The position numbers were made by a program, and so were the translations under genes. From Eledone cirrhosa (lineage: Eukaryota), in the NCBI GenBank assembly GCA_964016885.1, contig OZ024743.1:434001-498000 (forward strand): DNA of 64,000 bases, read 5' to 3'. Positions 24,801-39,225 of the stretch are shown one piece after another. Each line of letters begins with the position of its first letter. Position 1 is the first letter of the stretch. The notes below the pieces were generated by a model that worked only from the letters and a program-made list of their open reading frames with translations, searched no databases and was not told the DNA's origin.

Positions 24801-26766
24801 TACATACTAGTATTTCAGTATACATATATGGATGTACATCTTTAACTTAATTGTTTAAGCGTCAGTCATACAAAAGTGAGTTACAAACGAAACGAAATTT
24901 AATTTCGTTTCGTTATTTGTTTTTATCGTCTCCGTTGAACCGGTACTTACTCACACTCTATGCAAATTAGTCTGCCCACTACTAATTTTCATAGAAAAAG
25001 CATATAACGATATGTGCTTTTACGATTCTCTAGAGAGGCCGGAAGATAGGTAAATATTGCTGATGAGTTGTAACAACAACGAAACTAGTTCAATATTCCT
25101 TGTCTGGCTTTCTGGAGAATAGAGGAAAGGTGTTTCCTCAAAAACCAGTATGACTCTAAAAACCGGTTTGTCTGTGTGTTTACATACAGAATAGCTGGCC
25201 ACTCACAGTAAAGTGACCAGTGAAAAAACTTGGTACATCTACATATGTATACGTGTGTGTATTCATATACATACTAGTATTTCAGTATACATATATGGAT
25301 GTACATCTTTAACTTAATTGTTTAAGCGTCAGTCATACAAAAGTGAGTTACAAACGAAACGAAATTTAATTTCGTTTCGTTATTTGTTTTTATCGTCTCC
25401 GTTGAACCGGTACTTACTCACACTCTATGCAAATTAGTCTGCCCACTACTAATTTTCATAGAAAAAGCATATAACGATATGTGCTTTTACGATTCTCTAG
25501 AGAGGCCGGAAGATAGGTAAATATTGCTGATGAGTTGTAACAACAACGAAACTAGTTCAATATTCCTTGTCTGGCTTTCTGGAGAATAGAGGAAAGGTGT
25601 TTCCTCAAAAACCAGTATGACTCTAAAAACCGGTTTGTCTGTGTGTTTACATACAGAATAGCTGGCCACTCACAGTAAAGTGACCAGTGAAAAAACTTGG
25701 TACATCTACATATGTATACGTGTGTGTATTCATATACATACTAGTATTTCAGTATACATATATGGATGTACATCTTTAACTTAATTGTTTAAGCGTCAGT
25801 CATACAAAAGTGAGTTACAAACGAAACGAAATTTAATTTCGTTTCGTTATTTGTTTTTATCGTCTCCGTTGAACCGGTACTTACTCACACTCTATGCAAA
25901 TTAGTCTGCCCACTACTAATTTTCATAGAAAAAGCATATAACGATATGTGCTTTTACGATTCTCTAGAGAGGCCGGAAGATAGGTAAATATTGCTGATGA
26001 GTTGTAACAACAACGAAACTAGTTCAATATTCCTTGTCTGGCTTTCTGGAGAATAGAGGAAAGGTGTTTCCTCAAAAACCAGTATGACTCTAAAAACCGG
26101 TTTGTCTGTGTGTTTACATACAGAATAGCTGGCCACTCACAGTAAAGTGACCAGTGAAAAAACTTGGTACATCTACATATGTATACGTGTGTGTATTCAT
26201 ATACATACTAGTATTTCAGTATACATATATGGATGTACATCTTTAACTTAATTGTTTAAGCGTCAGTCATACAAAAGTGAGTTACAAACGAAACGAAATT
26301 TAATTTCGTTTCGTTATTTGTTTTTATCGTCTCCGTTGAACCGGTACTTACTCACACTCTATGCAAATTAGTCTGCCCACTACTAATTTTCATAGAAAAA
26401 GCATATAACGATATGTGCTTTTACGATTCTCTAGAGAGGCCGGAAGATAGGTAAATATTGCTGATGAGTTGTAACAACAACGAAACTAGTTCAATATTCC
26501 TTGTCTGGCTTTCTGGAGAATAGAGGAAAGGTGTTTCCTCAAAAACCAGTATGACTCTAAAAACCGGTTTGTCTGTGTGTTTACATACAGAATAGCTGGC
26601 CACTCACAGTAAAGTGACCAGTGAAAAAACTTGGTACATCTACATATGTATACGTGTGTGTATTCATATACATACTAGTATTTCAGTATACATATATGGA
26701 TGTACATCTTTAACTTAATTATATATATATATATATACACATACATTATTCTATTTATGTAATATA

Positions 26767-26953
26767 ATTGTTTCTACTTTTGGCACAAGGCCAGTAATTA
26801 TCCCAGTGTATTACTGGTACTTTATTTTATCGACCCCGTAAGGATGAAAGGCAAAGTTAACCTCGGCAGGATTTGAACTCAGAATGGCAAGGGCCGTAAC
26901 TCTATGCGTCAAAGCATGGTGTCCGGCCCTCTACCGATACTGCCAATCCACCG
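26767..26953 (-). mobile_element. tRNA-derived SINE
   Basis: Full-length homolog of the SINE family. Confidence 0.85.
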
Positions 26954-27086
26954 ATGTAATATAATAAGCAGTATGTCCTAGTTTTACATATATTAAAAAC
27001 ATCTTGTAGAGATTCCATAATATTGTCTAAAACTAATCGCCAAAGAACTATGTAAATCCATGTGCGCAAGAACACAATTTCTACAA

Positions 27087-27269
<183 letters not shown>

Positions 27270-27732
27270 AGTGCAAAATCCGACTTGCTACGCTTAAAAG
27301 CTGGAGAAGATTATGAGAAGAATGGTGAAGAACTACAGAGACAACGCTAACGGCAACAGTTTCCAGCGTTGGACACACAAAATGGATAGACAGATAAATA
27401 TATATATACATACAGACATATATATATATATAAACATATAGGTAGATAGATACAGGCAGGTATATACATAAACAGATAATTAGCTAGATAGATAGCTAGA
27501 TAGATAACTAGATAGATATCTAGAGATAGTGAGAAAGAGAGGGAGATTGGCAGGCTGACACACATCTTGTACATATAAACATGATTTACGAAAGAAGCAA
27601 CCCAGTGCGAATATATTCTTTAAAAATATCCATTATAAAAAATTGTAATGAGAAACACTACATTTCTTAAATAAATAAATAAGGATGAATAGATAAACAG
27701 ATATACATACATGCACAAACACACACACACAC

Positions 27733-27845
<113 letters not shown>

Positions 27846-30800
27846 ATAATTACATAACGGCTGACATACAGTATCAGATAAACTACTTAATGCAGAATTT
27901 GTTATACATATATATACATGTACATATATGTATATATAGACACACATGCACATACACATACACACACAAACATATATATAATATATATAGCTCTGATAAG
28001 CATTACATTTCTTACATTTCGCAGTAAAATCAATATGATATACTTAACAAACAACTGGAAATACAGACTTTGAAATTCCAAGATCAACAGCTGTTCTCTT
28101 TTGTCCTGTTAGTTAATTCTCTTTTTGACATGACAGCTTTGGATTGCTCATATTAGGGTGATTGGAGAACGATAAATATATTGTAAATATAATAGGTTGA
28201 ATAAGTGCTATGCCGAAGATTTTAAATAGAAATTTATTTCATTATAATCTTTCAGGTAAACTTTTCAATAAATTTATTTCCTTAATAAAGAAAATTAAAT
28301 CAGGATAACCCAATTCTTTTGCTAACTACATAACTAAGACAGCCAATCTGATAAAACTTGAGACGAATGCGTGCTCATACTCTACGCCAACTTCACTCAC
28401 AACTGAAATAAAACTCGGCCTTAAGAAACTAAACATTGTATTACCAATGAATATTAACCAGAGGAAAATAGTAATCTAATATATATTTATATCCAGCATA
28501 AACCTCTAAAGAGGTAATAGAATACCGTACAAAGTAATTAGTAGTATCAACAAATCTAACAACATCCATAGCATCACATGTCAAAATCCCAACTTCATTT
28601 AACATATCTACATTCCAACATCAACTAAAAACTTATCAAACATGTTTTCCGAAATCCTTCACCGAATAAAGGAAAGATATAAACATAACAAAAACAACAA
28701 CAATGTTACAACTAACACAGAAACACAAAACCCATGATATGAACTTAAGTCTTTCAATGGTTATGATCCTTTCTATCATTCAGGCATACGAAAATAAAGA
28801 AATGTATAAACTGAGGGTAATATTGAAAAAGTATTTGCACCCACCAAAAGCTTCAATTATAATTGGGTAAGTCTGGCAATATTTATATAGATAATTATCT
28901 GTATAAATATTACCAGACTCACTCAAACACAAATTCCCTTATCCAACTCACAAAAGTACGCAGGCCAATTATTTTAATTCTCAACTATCGCTCTTTTTAC
29001 AAACATTACACAGAAATATGAAACAATTTTAACAGCAACAATAAAATGATCATTATCTCTTTAATATAATTACCATCACCGCAAGGACTGTATTGAATGT
29101 AAGACATTCTTTTAACGTATAACGGCAATACATTTAAAGAGTATTTGTATATTATGTAACCACTATAATATTATAATCTTTCTCTAAATCAGAAATTAAT
29201 TTCCTGTTTTTTCCCTTAATTATTGTCACTATTCTTGCATGTAATCTATATAACCTCCAGTGAATTTTCCCAGTTTCGTACTCAGCTTTTTCTTTTCTAA
29301 AAGGAGGAATTGCATATTATCTCAAACTATATAATTCTCTTGCCATCTATGAGGCAGCCGTTCGATCCAATTTAAGTTCGATTATTGGATCAATAAATCA
29401 CTTCTTTGACTCAGCATTCAGCATATTGGCTTACATTCAATTGTTTCATTTTCCTTCATTACATGAAATACAAATAGGGATACATCCGATGTGTATCCAT
29501 TTCCCATAATCTTACATCTTTGCAAGAAATATTTCATTCAATATTAAGTCATTTCACATATAGTCAGTATTTGAATGCGTGTTTTCCTAATAACTGAAAT
29601 AAATTATGTACTTTATTATGTGTATGTATCTGTATAAGTGTATGTGTTTACGTCTGATTATGTGTATTTGTGAAGAGTGCACCCAGCATGGCAAATGGTT
29701 AAGAAGTTCGGTACACCATCACAAGGACTCGGGATTGAACGAGCTGCACAGTGTATTGGTCAAGTGTCATTTGCATAGACTTGGTTCAACACAATTCGAG
29801 AGAAATTGGCTATACAGAAAGGGTATGGAAGCACGCCGGGTGAATTGTATATTATTCAAATGACTAGTCTTGTCACACAATGTGTCACGTTGAATTGTTA
29901 CACAATGTGTCCCGGAGAATTATGTTAAGAGTACACGAATCCCTCTTAAACCTATTTGATGTTTTTACGTTTTGATTTCTCGTGGCCCTTAACATGTAAA
30001 AATTTCCATTCCATCTAAATAACACTTTTCTGGCTCATTGATATTTTCTTGATTTCACCTATAAACCTGCAAGAAATCACAATTATTCTAAAATAAACAA
30101 AATCCAAAGTAGCAGACACATTGGTTATATAAAGAACGAAAGTATTTTGTACGAAAATAGCGGAATATAAAAAACAACATTGCAATGTGTTCCAATAATG
30201 GTTTCTTATTTAGACGCAATGCTAGCAATTTTGTGGGGTGGGATAAATTCGATTATATCGACCTAAGTGCTCCACTGGTAATTTAACTTACCAACCCCAA
30301 TATAGTTGATCTTGACAGGATTAGTACAAATACGCTGATGTAATAAATGCATATTTATCGAAACAGTTTCGTATTCGTTAATGTTTAAGATAAATGTGGT
30401 TTCTAATTTTTGAGAGGGAAAAATTCGATTATATCGACCCAGTACTTTACTGGTACTTTATTTCATCAACCTCAAAAAGGGGTTAATAAATTGATTGATG
30501 ACTTTATATGCAACGCAGCGGATGATAATTAATTAAATTAAATTAAATTAACTAATTAATTAACCGGCTGTACACTGTTATTCTAATTTGACTGGCAATA
30601 TTATCTACGGTTTTTAATTTATACACAGGGCCAGGAATTCTGAGTCGAGAAGTTAGTCGGATCAATTGACTCCAGTACTTGATTGGTACATTATTTCATA
30701 AACCCCGAAAAGATGGAAAGCAAAGTTGACTTCGATGGGATGAGAAACTAGAACATAAAGAGCCGGACCAAATGAGCCAAATATTTTGTCCGGTGCTCAA

Positions 30801-31104
30801 CAATTTTGTTTACGATTAATACCTATAATCTGCTAATCTCTCCGAGGACAGAAAATGAGGGTTAGTGAAATTTTTAAATGACGAGTAGATTATTTAAGAC
30901 AATCAGCGATATTGTTTTGCTCATAGAAAGATCTGGAATTATAAATATATATTTTTACATTATGCTGTAACGATTATAATCTAAAAATTTGGATGTCTAC
31001 ATTTACTTAAAAAGGAAATATTTGATTATCCGATAAACACTGTGTTGTATATTAATTAATTAGTCAAATTGCTACTGAATACATAGCATATCGAATGCCA
31101 TCCA

Positions 31105-31790
31105 GTGCAACATGGTTTCAGGCAGGGTAGTGCGACAGCTGGAACTGTACCACCTCGTATATTTTCAGCCTCGCAACCCTACAGCGGTGTCTGGCTAAAT
31201 GCTTACCCACCTTTTCAACTGGCACGCATCTAGATAATGATAGCCTGCGAATCGGGGTTTCCCCGTGGCTCGACTTTCGGATCTGCTAGCCACACAAATG
31301 CCACTGCAGATCCACCGTAGACTCTTTTGGCCTCCATCCGCTGTCCTGTCGCCAGAGTGTCGACCGCCTTCCACGCTACGCTGCTCTCAACAAGGTCATA
31401 AGGCATGGCTTGTATGCTGCAGGCTTCTCCTCCAGCTCGAGCCGGCGGGGCTTTACCGACAGGACGGCAAAAGACCATCTTCCCGTTTTGCAGTGGTAAA
31501 CTCCTCATCTGGGATGCCATATGCAGTGACACATTCTCCAGCGGCAACCTGGTGCAGTCAACGAGTATCCCAGGCTCTGCTGCAGTTGGGCCGAGGAGGG
31601 TATACTCGCCAAATATTAGTCGCTCTCCGACAGGTTTGTGGTCGAGCCCTTAGCAGTGGAGCCTTCTGCTGTCCAGCGCCGTCTCGGGGATTTCAGCGAA
31701 TTGCAAAAGAGGCAGCCTGTACATATTTCGAACTTAATAGTTCTCATCGGGACAGTGCTTCCCTACTGCCTTCTGCTGGAACTTGAAAAC
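31105..31790 (+). pseudogene. Degraded CRE-like (restriction-like endonuclease) LINE 3' fragment
   Basis: Homologous to 38500-39225. TIFPFCSGKLLIWDAICSDT. Confidence 0.7.
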
Positions 31791-31892
31791 AGGTGAGATA
31801 ACATAGTCAGCCTTTCTATATCCATAGCTTGTCTTTTAAAATCTTTATTTATTAAAGATACCGTATATCTTTGGATATATGAAATTCACGCA

Positions 31893-31979
<87 letters not shown>

Positions 31980-33593
31980 GAGACATTTGAGCAAGTGGCA
32001 CTGCAGTGGAAGAACTAGTGATGGGATCAGGAATTCCGAGTTTGGTTGTATCCATAGGCTGCAGGAGGGGGGAGAAATGCATTATCAAATATACCAACAA
32101 CATGATCCAGTAAGCCGCACCCTTCAGATCTATGTATTTGCTTGCAAATCCTTAACAGGTCTAAAATGTCATTGCCGATAAAAACATCCAAACTGAATGA
32201 ACTGAATAGGTTGTTTGGAACTTCATACGTCAAAATCGACGGGAGAGTCCATCCTTATATATATATTTAACTTTTACACCTGCTGCAAATAACCAGCGGC
32301 TTATTGCAAGTATTATATTTTGGGATTGTAACTTCATTACCGCACCTCAGGCAAATATCATTATAGTATATACAAATGGGTCATATATAAATATCTGATT
32401 CAATCGGATGAAGAACATATCACAACTGAAGGATTTACACCTGTCATAATTAATTACATCACGTAAAAACTCTAGATTAACAACTTGTCTCAGTGTACCA
32501 AATATGAAAGAAACTATGAAAGTACATATACTATAATGTGGTATTGCAGCTAGTTTGAGTACGTCCGTAATTTATAAGAAGGTAGAAGAAAAGTATAAAA
32601 ATTAGGAATACTATGCATTTCAATACATTCAGGTATTACTATAGATTTTCTTGAGTCTCGAAATATATTTTAATATATATAATGTTATACAGGCAACATA
32701 TCAAGAGAGTTATAGTTTCTTTGCTTATAAATATCGGTTAATGATGGAACAAAAGCTGGTGGTCTCAAATTAATAAGCATTGCTAATGTTCTGACACAGC
32801 GTGAGACATATCAAGGGTTGTATATTGGAGCAAATACGAGATGTGGTGCAGTCAGAATGTTCACCATTTGTTGCTAAGAATACAAGTAGCATATTATATA
32901 TAAACATCTAGTAAATGCTCCAATATAAAAACCTTGTTACATTTCACGCTGTCGGAGCTTTAGTACTGCTCATTAAATTGAGCCCACCAGCTTTTGCTCT
33001 AGAGGCAAATAAACATAATCAGTCGATATTCATACACAAAAGAACGGGAAGCTTTCAACTTATTTTGTCTTAGCAGCAAAGTAGTAAGCCTCTCTGAAAA
33101 CAAATAAAATACAACAGTGCCACAAGAGTACTCGCCCTACAAGTATCAATGAGATGATTACAGCTAATTAAACATGCATAGAGAGGTTAATAGCATATTT
33201 ATTATACAAAAATATCTCGCATATGATTTAGTATACAACCATTGATACATACATAGGGATGGCTGCAATTCGATTTCAAGTAATGCCATCACTTGATACT
33301 TAAGCGTGAGAACGTGGCTTTTTTAGTCCTGCTAGGACTTGCCTAGGGCCAGCAATACCATGCATCACAAAAATGTCACATACCAAGCGATGCCTGTGCT
33401 TGAAGATTTTTTAAGTGAGGAAAGGCTTTGCACAGGGCCAATCCCACTTTCTGAACATCGAATGCATTTCCCCAAAAGAAGAACTGGTCTACATCTTTGG
33501 ATGCAAAGAAAGTCGCAGATTTTATATCAGAGAAACCTTCTCCTAGAGAAAATTAGGAGTCTCTCGTTCCACAAAGAAAAAAAAAACTTTATT

Positions 33594-33874
<281 letters not shown>

Positions 33875-34232
33875 TACATATATACACGATACACATGCGC
33901 ACACACTCACATATGTAAGTGCGTTGTAGTAAACTGTGAGGGATCCCTGTAAGGAGCCAATAAGTACGTGGAGGACAATTATACACAATGGTAGCAACAT
34001 ATGCGTATATTATAAATAAAGATTAGTAGTTGCTTTGGAAACTGCAATTGTTCCAGCATATATAAATGTGAGTCTGTATGTTTGTGTGTCTGCATGTGGG
34101 TGTGTGAGAATGTATGTAGGTGTGCGTGTGAACGCACGTGCGAGGTGTGAGTCAGTGCGGCATGTTTGCCGAGGGGAAAAGATGTATTCAAGTTACGTTT
34201 GAATAAGGTATTTATATAAATACTTGCATACA

Positions 34233-34297
<65 letters not shown>

Positions 34298-34596
34298 TTG
34301 TGTGTGTGTGCGCATGTGTGTGTATGTATGTATATACGTATATATATATATATATACAGGGATTAGACATAATAATGTGAACACCATTTGAATATTACAC
34401 ATTTTCTCATCCTGGTATTCTTGACTAGATATAAATGATACTATGCGTCTATGTTGACCATTTGACATCCAAACTCTTTTACTCCATAATTCACTATATC
34501 TACATTTTGTTTTTTTACATGTACAATAATTAGACGACAAAATGCGTGACTTATCATACTTCCAAAGACGATAAATCAACATTGCTCCATTACTGC

Positions 34597-34708
34597 TTCA
34601 AATCCCGCCGAGGTTAACTTTTCCTTTTATCCTTACGGGGCCGATAAAATAAAGCACCAGAAATGCACTTGGATAATTGCTGGCCTTGTGCGAAAAGTAG
34701 AAACAATT
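34597..34708 (+). mobile_element. SINE 3' part
   Basis: ttcaaatcccgccgaggttaac...tggccttgtgcgaaaagtagaaacaatt. Confidence 0.75.
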
Positions 34709-34709
34709 A

Positions 34710-35670
34710 TTGCTCCCTTAGCAGGAGCATCTGTGACAAGGACAACCAAATTACTTAACGTATCACGAGCGACGGTGTATGTTGATGCCATCTTATGCAA
34801 AACATAGTAAAACATTGTCACCGAAGAGGAAAGTTAACTGACAGGGAGCGCCGAACATTAAAATGGATTGTGGCCAAACATTAAACTGCTGCAGAAAAGG
34901 TGTCATCAGGACTGAATACTCACCTAAACACAGGGTTTCGACACGCACCGTACGACGGGCGCTCCACAAGATTAATATTCCTGGAAGGACTGCAATTTTA
35001 AAACCTCTTATAACAGAGTCCAACGCTAAGTTGCGAAAAGGTGGTATATTAGTCATAAAACGTAGACAATTGAGGAATGGAAGAATATGGTATGGTCCTA
35101 TGAATCATCGTTTACTTTGTTCCTTACAACCGGCCTGGTGTATGTATGGAAAACTCCAAGGGCAGCCTATGATCCGGACTGCATGCTTCCAAAAGTCAAG
35201 CACAAAGGTAGTTCCGTATTGATTTAGGCAGCTATCTCGTGTTGTACAGCTGGTCCTATTATTAAAATCAATGGCCGGATTGCTGTGGATAAATATCTCG
35301 ACAACGTCAATGAAGTTCTTACAATGATCAGTATATTGCTATCAAACACTGGCCCATTACAAGATGATAATGCGACCATATACACTACCAATAGGGTTAA
35401 ATCTTGGTTCGAGGAGTATCAGAATATCATCAAGCATCTTTACTGGACAGCCAAATCACCAGATCTCAACATAATTGAACCATTATAGAGAGTTTGGGAG
35501 CAGAGACTGAGGAGCAGATGTCCACCTCCATCATCGCTGAAGCAATTGGTTGATGTTTTAGTAGAAGAATGGGACAATATTCCATTGGAAACTACTCAGA
35601 CACTTTACGCATCTATTTCGCATAGAATTGAAGCTGTTTTAGAAGCAAATAGTGGACCAATACCTTATTA
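34710..35670 (+). pseudogene. Degraded Tc1-family transposase
   Basis: VSTRTVRRALH, LQDDNATIY, WTAKSPDLNIIEPL, terminal GGPxxY-like motif. Frameshifts and stops present. Confidence 0.85.
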
Positions 35671-35693
35671 ATAAATAAATATTGTGTTTATGT

Positions 35694-35730
<37 letters not shown>

Positions 35731-36815
35731 GGGTGTGTGTGTGTGTATATGTGCAAATGCATATATTATGTGTGTGAATATATATATATGTATATAATGC
35801 TCACATATAGTCAAATGTGTGTGTGTGTTTGTGTATGTACATGTATATACGTAAATATGTTTATCTTTGTTTTCGCTCAGTTCTTTAATTCCCATTGTTC
35901 CGCCCTTGGGGGAACCCATTTACATATCTGTTTCCGAAAAAAAAAAGGTAGTGAGTGGGAAAGAGAAAGAGAGTGGAGGTAGCATTTGGACCCTAGTACA
36001 TACTTAGTACATTATGTGTCGACTCTGGAAGAATAAAAGTCGCCCACAGCGAGATTTGAACTTAGATAGAATCGAGCCGGAATAAATACCGCAAAGTTTT
36101 GTATCGGATTCTCTAACGGTGTTGCCAATTTGCCTTTACACATACATAAATGTATACGCAACATTAAAGCAGTCTATCCCGAAAACCTGACGACCAACAG
36201 TTATCTACATGGACACATGTTACTAAAATAGAAACATGAGACAAATCAAATTATTTATGACAGAAAGCTAATGGGTGTCGATTAAAATCCATTTATTGTT
36301 AATCGGAATTATTCTATTCAGATAAATCTAACACCAAAATGTCAAGATTGTGTAAACTTATCATTCAAGTAAATTATACATAAATATGTCTCAAAATAAA
36401 ATATAGATACGTTAAAATACTAAAATACTGTAATGATACTAAAATACTGTAATGACTTATACAGAGTAGGAAAAGTAGTGCATAGAACATTTTTGTCGAA
36501 ACTACAGGAAAAGATTAGGGGGATGGGGGATGAAATAACCGGAAACGTCGTCCGAATGTTTGCAACTGAGTGGGCTCTGGTATTTAAGAATCGACCCTCC
36601 ACTCTGTCTTGAACTTTACATTCCGAGTGTCGACTTACCGGTTACAACACAAAGCACATATCCCATTAAAGACATTTACGCACCACACACGTTTATATAC
36701 ATAAGCATTGTGGAGATGTCCAATGTTCATCGGAGAAATTAGTGGCAGGTTATATTTAATGTTTCTTCCCTAGATCAGTGTCTATACTAACGATGTTGTT
36801 ATTTTCAACCTCACT

Positions 36816-36844
<29 letters not shown>

Positions 36845-36849
<5 letters not shown>

Positions 36850-37663
36850 TAATAAGAGGAATTCCAACTTTGTCTGATTTACTCGTTTTATTTACAATCC
36901 TTTAAAATTTATAATGGTATTATAATGAAATAGTATGATAGAATATTAAATGTTAAGTGTTAATTGAACAAGTACTTTCATGCTTTCGCAATCTTCAGGT
37001 TCATAATGTGTGGTGACAGTCAAGTTTGCAATTTTCAACTGTAATGAGATGGGTAAATTTTGTAACTTATATACAGTGAAAAGTGGCTCCAGAATGCCAA
37101 ATCTTGCAAATTGTATTTCGACCAATCGGTGTGTAGTTTCACTGAATTACTAAATCTGATTGGTTTAGGCGTCACGGTTGGTTGAGCATGTCTAACGACC
37201 ACTAATTGATCCTATCCAAAGCATCAATTGTTTTGCTATTTTTTAGAAATGATGAAAATAGCAAAACAATTGATGCTTTGGATAGGATCAATTAGTGGTC
37301 GCTAGACATGCTCAACCAACCGTGACGCCTAAACCAATCAGCTTTAGTAATTCAGTGAAACTACACACCGATTGGTCGAAATACAGTTTGCAAGATTTAG
37401 CGTTCTGGAGCCACTTTTCACTGTATATAAGGTACAACATTTACCCATCTCATTACAGTTGAAAATTGCAATGAGATGGGTAAATTGACTGTCACCACAC
37501 ATTATAAACCTGAAGATTGCGAAAGCATGAACGTACTTGTTCAATTAACACTTAACATTTAATATTCTATCATACTATTTCATTATAATACCATTATAAA
37601 TTTTAAAGGATTGTAAATAAAACGAGTAAATCAGACAAAGTTGGAATTCCTCTTATTAATATA
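36845..37663. mobile_element. Palindromic (head-to-head) non-coding element with a hammerhead in each arm
   Basis: Arms 36845-37242 and 37255-37663. Left end abuts (TA)n. Confidence 0.8.
36965..37003 (-). ncRNA. Minimal type I hammerhead (U10.1-U11.1 variant); degenerate mirror copy at 37505-37543 (+)
   Basis: UGAAC-CUGAAGA-U-UGC(GAAA)GCA-U-GAAA-GUAC-UU-GUUCA. Confidence 0.72.
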
Positions 37664-37694
37664 ATCTTCTTTACACAATCATACACATCCGTGT

Positions 37695-37844
<150 letters not shown>

Positions 37845-38169
37845 TAAAAATCTAACTGCGTAGCCAAGTGGAGACGATATTCTTACGGCGTGGGATGAAT
37901 AATATGAACAAGAGCAATAGATATGTATCGAACCGACAAAATAATCTTGTGATATTATATTCATCATCTGTCATGTTTTGTAACTTTTCTCTAGAGTTGA
38001 CTTTCGTCTACCACATAATTTCAGGTCCAAGCTCCAACAACTCCAGACCCTCACGAGCCGACTGGGCTTGATCAACGGCCACCCAGCTCTCTTTCTGTTG
38101 AGGAACTGCTTCACCATAACCAACGCATCTTTCCTCGCTCACCCACGCATCTCTCCTCGCTCACCTCGA

Positions 38170-39225
38170 TACTTGTATCCGAGCAGCAGCCAAGGAGATA
38201 TGCAACGTCAAGTTTGACGACATTGGATGGCAACAAATCACTTTACCTGTCAAGTATGGCGGCCTTGGCCTCTGGTTCTCGATCTCATTGGCTTTGCCGG
38301 CGTTTCTTTCGTCGGTAACCTCATGCCACGTCCTCGTCAGCAGGCTTCTTCAAAAGACAATAGAACCCTCTGTGTTCAGAGAAGGTGATGCCGCCTGTGA
38401 GACGTGGGACCGGTTGGGACGTAGCCCAGTAGACGTCCCTCCTCCTTCTCCCCCTGCTGACGTCAACTCCCCCCCAAAGCACTTGAGATGCCATCCAGTG
38501 CAGCCTGGCCTCAGACAGGCTCACGCGACAGCTCGACCAGCACCGCCTTGCCTGTTTTCGTGCGGCCTCCAAACCCGACAGTGGTGCCTGGCTCCATGCT
38601 CTGCCCTCCTTCTCCACTGGCACGCAGCTAGACAACAATAGCCTGCGCATCGGCGTTTCCCTGAGGCTCGGCCTCCGGATCTGCCAGCCACACCAATGTC
38701 GCTGCAGTTCCACCGTGGACTCTTTCAGCCTCCACTCGCTTTCCTGTCGCCACAGTGCCGGCCGACTTCCACGCCATGCTGCCCTCAACTAGGTCATAAA
38801 GCATGGCTTTGACGCTGCAGGCTTCCCTTCCCAGCTCGAGCCGGAGGGGATGGACAGAGGGGACGGCAAAAGGCCAGATGGAATGACCATCTTCCCGTTC
38901 CGCGGTGGCAAACCCCTCGTCTGGGATGCCACTTGCACCGACACTTTCTGCAGCCGAAACCCGGTACAGTCTGCGACTAACCGAGGTTCTGCTGCACGTG
39001 GGGATGAGAAGTCAAACTCCTCAACTACCGGTCACTCTCCGACAGGTTTGCGGTTGTACCCCTGGCAGTGGAGACTTCTGGTGTCCTCGGCCCTAAGGCT
39101 ACCTCCCTACTCATCACCATAGGCTCTGAGCTGGCCAGCCACAGGTGTGAGCCCCGCGAGTTGGAGTGGCTTTTCGCTTGCCGTCCTCCAGGGAAACGCC
39201 TTCTCCATTCTGTCCGCCGGTGCTG
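38170..39225 (+). pseudogene. Degraded CRE-like LINE 3' region (Zn-knuckle and restriction-like endonuclease)
   Basis: [65 protein letters not shown]. Confidence 0.8.

Larger units (their letters stand above)
20772..26720. mobile_element. 467-bp tandem array carrying hammerhead ribozymes (retrozyme-like): ~1.7 inverted units (20772-21581) plus 11 forward units (21581-26720), flanked by (TA)n
   Basis: Period 467 seen in the sequence and in the ORF track. Units nearly identical. Non-coding, one HHR per unit. Confidence 0.9.

Noticed and set aside
20963-26603. Repeated 60-aa ORF (MASYSVCKH...) in each array unit
   Set aside because: Starts at GTG, runs antisense to the hammerhead and has no recognisable motif. 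A by-product of the repeat.
20772-26720. CRISPR-like array, or tandem snRNA/5S/histone gene cluster
   Set aside because: Units are identical with no variable spacers, the context is eukaryotic, and I recognised no 5S, U snRNA, tRNA or histone sequence.
28250-29200. A-rich stretch resembling a decayed retroelement ORF, with a small palindrome at 28866-28924
   Set aside because: No convincing motif could be read.
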